Of a stretch of DNA of 64,000 nt, positions 58,112 to 64,000 are shown one piece after another. The stretch is from an uncultured virus (IMG/VR IMGVR_UViG_3300014964_000592) (lineage: Duplodnaviria; Heunggongvirae; Uroviricota; Caudoviricetes). The stretch covers positions 1 through 64,000 of IMG/VR virus record IMGVR_UViG_3300014964_000592, one strand, 5' to 3'. The position numbers and the translations under genes are program-made. Position 1 is the stretch's first letter, and every line of letters starts with the position of its first letter. The notes beneath the pieces are model-generated. The model saw only the letters and a program-made list of their open reading frames with translations, was not told the DNA's origin and ran no database searches.

Positions 58112-58285
58112 ATGCTTTGGATTGGAAATAAAGAGGTCGGTCAGCTTTGGATAGGCCAAAAGCAAGTGCAAGCCCTTTATGTCGGAGCTAAACTTGTATG
58201 GGAAGCCGTCAGCAGTTGCTTCGGTAGCGGCTTTTGGCGAGAAAAGCTACCATGGAAAGGGAAAGACGCATGGAAAAATTTTTAA
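58112..58285 (+). CDS. Small tail-associated protein (57 aa)
   Basis: MLWIGNKEVGQLWIGQKQVQALYVGAKLVWEAVSSCFGSGFWREKLPWKGKDAWKNF. Confidence 0.7.
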   Translation: MLWIGNKEVGQLWIGQKQVQALYVGAKLVWEAVSSCFGSGFWREKLPWKGKDAWKNF

Positions 58286-58305
58286 CCCCAAATACTGTAT
58301 AACGA

Positions 58306-58557
58306 GTTAAGAAAATCACAAAATGGATTAAGGAAAGCAATCGCTACAAGCATCTCGCAGGGGGCATCGCAATAGGCATGGTCAGCAATACGCCTTATTG
58401 CGCTGCCCTTTGCGGCTGTGGCGTTGCATCCGCACTTGAGCTAAAAGATAAGCTCTGGGGCGGTGAATGGGATTGGATAGACTGGTCGCTGACCGTCGCC
58501 GGTGTCGCCATCGGCTATTCCATCCGAGTAGGCATCACATTACTGATTAAATCCTGA
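58306..58557 (+). CDS. Small membrane protein with putative GTT start (83 aa)
   Basis: Sequence reads TAA CGA GTT AAG AAA...: VKKITKWIKESNRYKHLAGGIAIGM...ELKDKLWGGEWDWIDWSLTVAG. It fills the gap between flanking genes; the first ATG is codon 25. Confidence 0.72.
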   Translation, partial: VKKITKWIKESNRYKHLAGGIAIGMVSNTPYCAALCGCGVASALELKDKLWGGEWDWIDWSLTVAGVAIGYSIRVGITLLIKS

Positions 58558-58562
58558 ACGCT

Positions 58563-61500
58563 ATGGCAAAAGGCAAAGACGAAAAAATCCCGAATATTAG
58601 CACTCCTTGGGAGGGCTACGCCGGCAGTCGCGTTGAGGAATTTATCAAGGCGCGATTTGCTTCTTCGGTGGGCTATCTTCATCGCCCTCAAGAAAAAGGC
58701 AGTGACAACAACTATCACCTGTATGGCTTCGCAAGCGAAGACGATTACAAGGAATGGAACAGCGACCCCGATGCAAACGCCCATCTGCTGCTGACTGACG
58801 TGGCTTTGCCGGAAAGCGGTGGCGGTGGTTCAACTGCAACGAGCTACATCGTCGGTCTTTACACCGACTCGCCCAGCAACATCGTGACAACCGACAACAC
58901 GGTCAAGCTGAACATTCGCTTTACATCGGAAGAATACAACCCCATCACGCAGACAACCGAGTCTACGACCGAGGGCGGTACGTTGACGGTGCAGACACGA
59001 CTGAACGCACAGTCATCGTGGGTTACACGCGGAACGATAGAAAACATCCCGTCTATCCCGGCATCTTCTACTAACGAGTGGTGGCCTATCGACATCACCA
59101 ACATGTTAAGCAACGGCACACAGCAAGTCCGATTGATTGTGAAAGGCGATACAACGGAACTGAACACCCGCTATCTGCAATTCACCGTCACAAAGACAAC
59201 GCTCGGCCTTACTTTCGCTACGCAGTGGGAACGACCGATTACGGATGGCGTTATGCGCCTTTCCTATTATGTCAGTGGCGCGGTCAGCAAGACCCTGCAT
59301 ATCAAGATTGACAGTCAGCGCGAGGTAGAGCGCAACATCGGCACGTCGGTTTACACCGAAACACCTATACAGGTTGACGTTTCCGACACTGCGGCTGACA
59401 CTATCAAGGTATTAACCCACGGCATCCATCAGATTGAAGCGTGGATTTCGGTCAACGATTCCAAGATTGAAAGTGAACATATCTTCTCACAGGTCATGGT
59501 CGCCGCAGACCCCAGCGACACAACTCCGCAGTTTATTCTTAACGATGTCAAGAGCAAGCTGACCAACTGGACTGCGGAACAGATTTTGACCTATGCGGTT
59601 TACAATCCCAGTGGCGAGGCTACGCCTATCAAGTTCATTCTTGAAAGCTACAACGGCGATAAGCAGTACATGACCCTTGATGTCGGAAACATACCGAGTC
59701 AGGTAAGGCAGACGCTTAACAACGTGATTGAAATCGACTCCGAAGAAACGACCATCAACGCCTACATGCGCTTTATGTCAGGCGATATGGTCATTCATCC
59801 CGTGCTTGGCTTTGAGGTTGACAACTCGGAAAACTTTTCACCGACAAGCAATCCCGACTTCATTCTGAACCCACGCTCACGCACCAACGACGAAACAAAT
59901 CCGCAGTCTATCATCAATGCGGCCACCGGTGAGGTCGTTCCGTCTACGTGGACTAAATTTGGCCTTAAAGCCGATGGTTGGATTGAAGACAGCAACAAGC
60001 AGCGTTGTCTTCGCGTTCTTGCCGGGCGCACCATCAACATTGAACTTGAAACGCTCAAGGACTATATCGGAACAAACAACCGCTCGTCGCTGACGGTTGA
60101 ACTTGACATCGCCACACGAAACGCTATCAACACCGACATACCGGTGCTTCGCATGTGTTCCTATCGTGACGATGGTGGCCCGCAAGGTTTTGAGCTTCGC
60201 CCATGGCAGGCCGTCTTTATGACCCGCGACAAACGTGAGCGTGAAGACCAAGATGTTATGATAGGGGAAAACGTGCGTACACATATCGCCCTTAACATCA
60301 TCTATGGCATTAACGGCACAAGCCAGAACTATGTCCGCATATTTGTCAACGGCATCATCAACCGCGAGTTTGAATGGAGTCCGGAAGACGAATTTGTGCA
60401 GTACGTCAATGGTGTTAGGACTTCGCAGGGCATACGCATTGGTTCGGAATACTGCGACATCGACATCTACGGCATACGCATCTACAACCGTTCACTTTCG
60501 GCAACCGACATCCGACAGGACTACATGGCATCACTGCCGACCGTGGCTGAAAAAATCGCTTTCCGTGAAGCCAACGACATTCTGGGCGACTCCAACCTTA
60601 TCAGCTACGCCAAGACCCGCGAAAAGTATAACACCATCGTTATCACCGGTCAAGTGCCGTCTTTCTCAACAGGCAACATCAAAACCAAATGCGATTGGGA
60701 AATCCACATCGTCGGCGACCCTGAACATTCCGGTACGCTTAACAATATGACCACAAGCGGCCAAGGTACATCCTCTCGTTCATATTGGAAATGGAATTTG
60801 CAGGGCAAGCCCAATGATAATACCGACTGGGTTGATGAACTCGGCAACCACCACGGCGCAGGGCATCAGCTTGATGACACTGTTCCGTTTGCTACAAAAC
60901 TTGTAGCCAAACTGAACTGGGCATCGTCGCAGCAGTCGCACAAACTCGGCTCTTGCAACCTCTTCACCGACCTTTGGCGCAGATGCACCGGCGGCAGTGC
61001 CATCACCAATACCCCCGGCTTTGAGAATTGCCGTGTGTCGGTCAAGCAAAAGCCATTCTTCATGTTCATACGACCTACGGCTGACGCAGAGCCGGTGTTC
61101 TATGGTCTTTATACCTATGGCCCCGGAAAGGGCGACAAGCCTACATTCGGATACGACAAGAAGAAATTCCCCGACTACCTGATGATTGAGGGTTGCGACA
61201 ATGGCGAGCCTTTGACCAACCATCGCATCCCTTGGAACGAAGACATCACCATCGGTGGCGATGAAGACGAGCTTATCATGTTCAATGGTAAGAAGCAGTG
61301 GGAAATCGACATGGGCAATTCGGACTCCCTGCCGTATTTCAAAGATGCTTTCAATTTCATCTACCTTTGCTCACCCCATATTATTCCGTATGCCGGTACG
61401 CTTGCGCAGTTGCAGGCGACAACCGACTTGGAAGCAAACCGCCAGAAGATGTATTGGGTCACTCAAGCATCGGGCAGTTCATCGGCACGTTACGACCTTT

Positions 61501-64000
61501 ACCGCTATGACGAGCTGACGGCGCAGTGGGTTGATGCCGGTGTAGCCAAACTTGGCGAGGGAAGATATGCGAAGCTAAACCTTGCGCAGCAGCTTGGCAT
61601 CACGCCGTCGGGCAACGTCTGGGAAGAAATCAACCAGCAATTCATCAATGCACGTGTGCAGAAATTTGCGCGTGAGGCAGGCGACTATTTCAAGTTGAAT
61701 GATGCGTATTTCCATCAGATGTTCTGCAAGCTGATTGGCGCAAGCGATAACCGCGCAAAGAATACATACCAGTATCTTGCAATGCACGATGGAAGCCTTA
61801 AAATCCACTTCGCGCAAGATGACCTTGACACCATCTTCTTGACCGATAACGTAGGCCGAAAGAACAAGCCCTACTACGTTGAGGAACACGACCGCGACGC
61901 AGATGGCGGCACTTTCTGGAATGGTGAAGCCAACGCCCTGTATGACCTCTTTGAGCTTGCTTTCCCGTCGGAACTGCGAGATATGATGAAGACCATGCTC
62001 GGCGAGATGGCAAACTTGGCATCCGACAAATCCCTTATGGGTTGTATGGAGGATTACTATTTCCACGTTCAGAAATATTTCCCCGCCGTAGCCTACAACG
62101 AAACCGCACGACTCCTTTACGAAGAAGCATCTGCCAAGTGGGTAACTGGCGATTATATCGCTTCCACACACCCCATCACGCAGTCGCTCGGCGACCAGTT
62201 GCAGGGCGAGATGCAGTGGGTCAAACTACGCCTTATCTACCTTTCATCGTTCGCATCCTACGGCTCGTTTACGATGAATGGCGAGGGTTCGCTTACTTTC
62301 CGTTCTGCGACCACAACCGCCGGTGCTGCGCCTACGTACACGTTTGAGCTGACTCCGCACATGTGGATTTACCCGGCTGTATCGGCTGGCTCGTCTACCT
62401 TGTTCGGTCGTGGAAACGCTTATCCCCAACGTGTGAAAGCCGGCGAAACATTCACCCTTGATGGCGTGAACGCCGACAACGATACCAATATTCAGGTACA
62501 CGGCATCCATTACTACACATCGGTAGGCGAATTTGGCGACAAATCACTTTCCGGTGCGTTCACGGTGTCGGGTGAACGTCTTGTTGAGTTCCATGCGTCG
62601 AAGCAGCCCATTGAGTTCAGACCATCATCCGTTGAGGTCACTGCGCCCAATCTTCGCGTCTTTGACATTAAAGGTGCTTCCACAGTGACGGGCAGTGTCA
62701 ATTTCACTTTGCAGACGCGGCTTGAAAGCATTGATATGCGTGGCACATCCATATCGTCGTTCCTTGTTCCTGAACCTACGGGCATCACGTCACTCAAGCT
62801 CCCGGCTACGCTGACGCGCTTGCAGTTGACCGACTACATCAACCTTGACAGCGAAAACTTTGAACTTGAGGGCGTTACCGCTATCCAAAGTTTTGAGTTT
62901 TCAAATTGCCCCACGCTGAATAGCCAGACCATCGTAGCGGGCATCTGCGCCACACCGGGCAATAACCTTTCCGAGTGCAAGGTACATGATATTTATTGGC
63001 GACGCTTCGCCCTTGAACATCTCATGAAACTTGCATCCATAAGGGCTGATTTGTCGGGCAAGATTGAACTTGACGACTCTGCAACTCCCACATTCGACGA
63101 AAAGATTGCGCTCCTTGACGCTTTCGGAAACATCGACAGCGAGTCCAACAAGCTCCACATCACCTACAAGAAAGTCTATCTGACGCAGATGGAAATATCG
63201 GGCGACACATATTTCAGTCAGCCGGGCGTTTACCCCTTGCAGATTACCCCCAATAGCCCACGTGCCAACGATTTCGTGAAGATTGAGTGGTCTATTTCCA
63301 AAAACACCTGCAATGCCACGATTGACCCCGTTACCGGTACGTTGACTCTGCCAAAGGTCGGCACGGAAGCTGAAAAGCCCGAAGCGACAGTCACCTGCAA
63401 GGCTACGCTTTCGGATGGTTCTACGCTGACGGCACAGGCGACACTTGGTTTCTATTTTAGGAAATGTCGCGTCGGCGATGTCGTATTCCACGATGGAACA
63501 TACTCCGACAAGCCCAACAAAAATAAGGTGGCTATCGGTATCTGCTTCTACATCGACCCCAAGGATGAAACGCGCCGACTGATGGTGTCTACGCAAGACG
63601 TTTCCACTGGTATCCAGTGGGGATTATACTTTAACAACGGTTCTGGTTCTTGGGCGGAAGGTGGTAGTGACGACCTTAACTACAACATGCGCGACATTGA
63701 GCTTGCAGACTCCCCCGGCTACAACGTCTATGACACGCCGGTGGCCAACATCGGGTCAAATGGTCTGGGTTCTAGCTACGTGACAGATGCAAACTATCGT
63801 GACGAATACACCGATGATGGCTTCAAGGAATTTGGTGACACAGTAGGTGCTGGCGATATTGGCTTCATGCGTCTGCCCCGTGATTACACATTCCGTGGTG
63901 TGACCTACGAGGCTGGCACATATCTGCCGCGTGGCTTCTACAAGACGCTGCAAATCATTCAGCACCGCAACACCATTCTGCAAGACTCGGATGTCGCATT
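58563..64000 (+). CDS. Giant virion/tail-fibre-like protein (>1800 aa, runs off the window)
   Basis: Not in the ORF track. Starts MAKGKDEKIPNISTPWEGYAGSRVEEFIK; frame spot-checked at 61740 and 63480. Contains LamG-like, CotH-kinase-like, LRR-like and Ig-like segments, then VGDVVFHDGTYSD...AIGICFY. Confidence 0.8.
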   Translation, partial: MAKGKDEKIPNISTPWEGYAGSRVEEFIKARFASSVGYLHRPQEKGSDNNYHLYGFASEDDYKEWNSDPDANAHLLLTDVALPESGGGGSTATSYIVGLYTDSPSNIVTTDNTVKLNIRFTSEEYNPITQTTESTTEGGTLTVQTRLNAQSSWVTRGTIENIPSIPASSTNEWWPIDITNMLSNGTQQVRLIVKGDTTELNTRYLQFTVTKTTLGLTFATQWERPITDGVMRLSYYVSGAVSKTLHIKIDSQREVERNIGTSVYTETPIQVDVSDTAADTIKVLTHGIHQIEAWISVNDSKIESEHIFSQVMVAADPSDTTPQFILNDVKSKLTNWTAEQILTYAVYNPSGEATPIKFILESYNGDKQYMTLDVGNIPSQVRQTLNNVIEIDSEETTINAYMRFMSGDMVIHPVLGFEVDNSENFSPTSNPDFILNPRSRTNDETNPQSIINAATGEVVPSTWTKFGLKADGWIEDSNKQRCLRVLAGRTINIELETLKDYIGTNNRSSLTVELDIATRNAINTDIPVLRMCSYRDDGGPQGFELRPWQAVFMTRDKREREDQDVMIGENVRTHIALNIIYGINGTSQNYVRIFVNGIINREFEWSPEDEFVQYVNGVRTSQGIRIGSEYCDIDIYGIRIYNRSLSATDIRQDYMASLPTVAEKIAFREANDILGDSNLISYAKTREKYNTIVITGQVPSFSTGNIKTKCDWEIHIVGDPEHSGTLNNMTTSGQGTSSRSYWKWNLQGKPNDNTDWVDELGNHHGAGHQLDDTVPFATKLVAKLNWASSQQSHKLGSCNLFTDLWRRCTGGSAITNTPGFENCRVSVKQKPFFMFIRPTADAEPVFYGLYTYGPGKGDKPTFGYDKKKFPDYLMIEGCDNGEPLTNHRIPWNEDITIGGDEDELIMFNGKKQWEIDMGNSDSLPYFKDAFNFIYLCSPHIIPYAGTLAQLQATTDLEANRQKMYWVTQASGSSSARYDLYRYDELTAQWVDAGVAKLGEGRYAKLNLAQQLGITPSGNVWEEINQQFINARVQKFAREAGDYFKLNDAYFHQMFCKLIGASDNRAKNTYQYLAMHDGSLKIHFAQDDLDTIFLTDNVGRKNKPYYVEEHDRDADGGTFWNGEANALYDLFELAFPSELRDMMKTMLGEMANLASDKSLMGCMEDYYFHVQKYFPAVAYNETARLLYEEASAKWVTGDYIASTHPITQSLGDQLQGEMQWVKLRLIYLSSFASYGSFTMNGEGSLTFRSATTTAGAAPTYTFELTPHMWIYPAVSAGSSTLFGRGNAYPQRVKAGETFTLDGVNADNDTNIQVHGIHYYTSVGEFGDKSLSGAFTVSGERLVEFHASKQPIEFRPSSVEVTAPNLRVFDIKGASTVTGSVNFTLQTRLESIDMRGTSISSFLVPEPTGITSLKLPATLTRLQLTDYINLDSENFELEGVTAIQSFEFSNCPTLNSQTIVAGICATPGNNLSECKVHDIYWRRFALEHLMKLASIRADLSGKIELDDSATPTFDEKIALLDAFGNIDSESNKLHITYKKVYLTQMEISGDTYFSQPGVYPLQITPNSPRANDFVKIEWSISKNTCNATIDPVTGTLTLPKVGTEAEKPEATVTCKATLSDGSTLTAQATLGFYFRKCRVGDVVFHDGTYSDKPNKNKVAIGICFYIDPKDETRRLMVSTQDVSTGIQWGLYFNNGSGSWAEGGSDDLNYNMRDIELADSPGYNVYDTPVANIGSNGLGSSYVTDANYRDEYTDDGFKEFGDTVGAGDIGFMRLPRDYTFRGVTYEAGTYLPRGFYKTLQIIQHRNTILQDSDVA

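Noticed and set aside
1..64000. Integrase, att site, transposase or DGR reverse transcriptase
   Set aside because: None was recognised in the window, so lifestyle and DGR activity cannot be confirmed from this segment.

Overview
This window is part of a large tailed (siphovirus-type) phage or prophage of a Bacteroidota host. Its promoters follow the TTTG...TAnnTTTG pattern and its gene starts have A/C-rich leaders without Shine-Dalgarno motifs. It carries packaging, head, tail, lysis and replication-accessory genes, broken up by islands of small genes; five XRE-HTH regulator genes sit at divergent promoters. The tape-measure gene runs off the left end on the minus strand and a giant tail-fibre-like gene runs off the right end. 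The main discovery is an apparent phage-encoded alternative translation-initiation system with four parts. (1) A tRNA at 6304-6376 has an initiator (fMet) body but an AAC (Val) anticodon. (2) A divergent methionyl-tRNA formyltransferase (Fmt) lies at 22668-23951. (3) Five genes, including the major capsid and major tail proteins, lack a canonical start at their natural 5' end and open with GTT in a shared GA-GTT-A context that is complementary to the tRNA's anticodon loop. (4) The tRNA operon shares a TACGAC-N12-GTCGTR box, at near-fixed spacing from a -7 element, with the capsid, tail and tape-measure operons. Also seen: a -1 frameshift in the tail chaperone, a probable remote DGR target, a repeat-rich origin-like region, operator families and an sRNA candidate. 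All function calls come from motif recognition by eye; no database searches were run.
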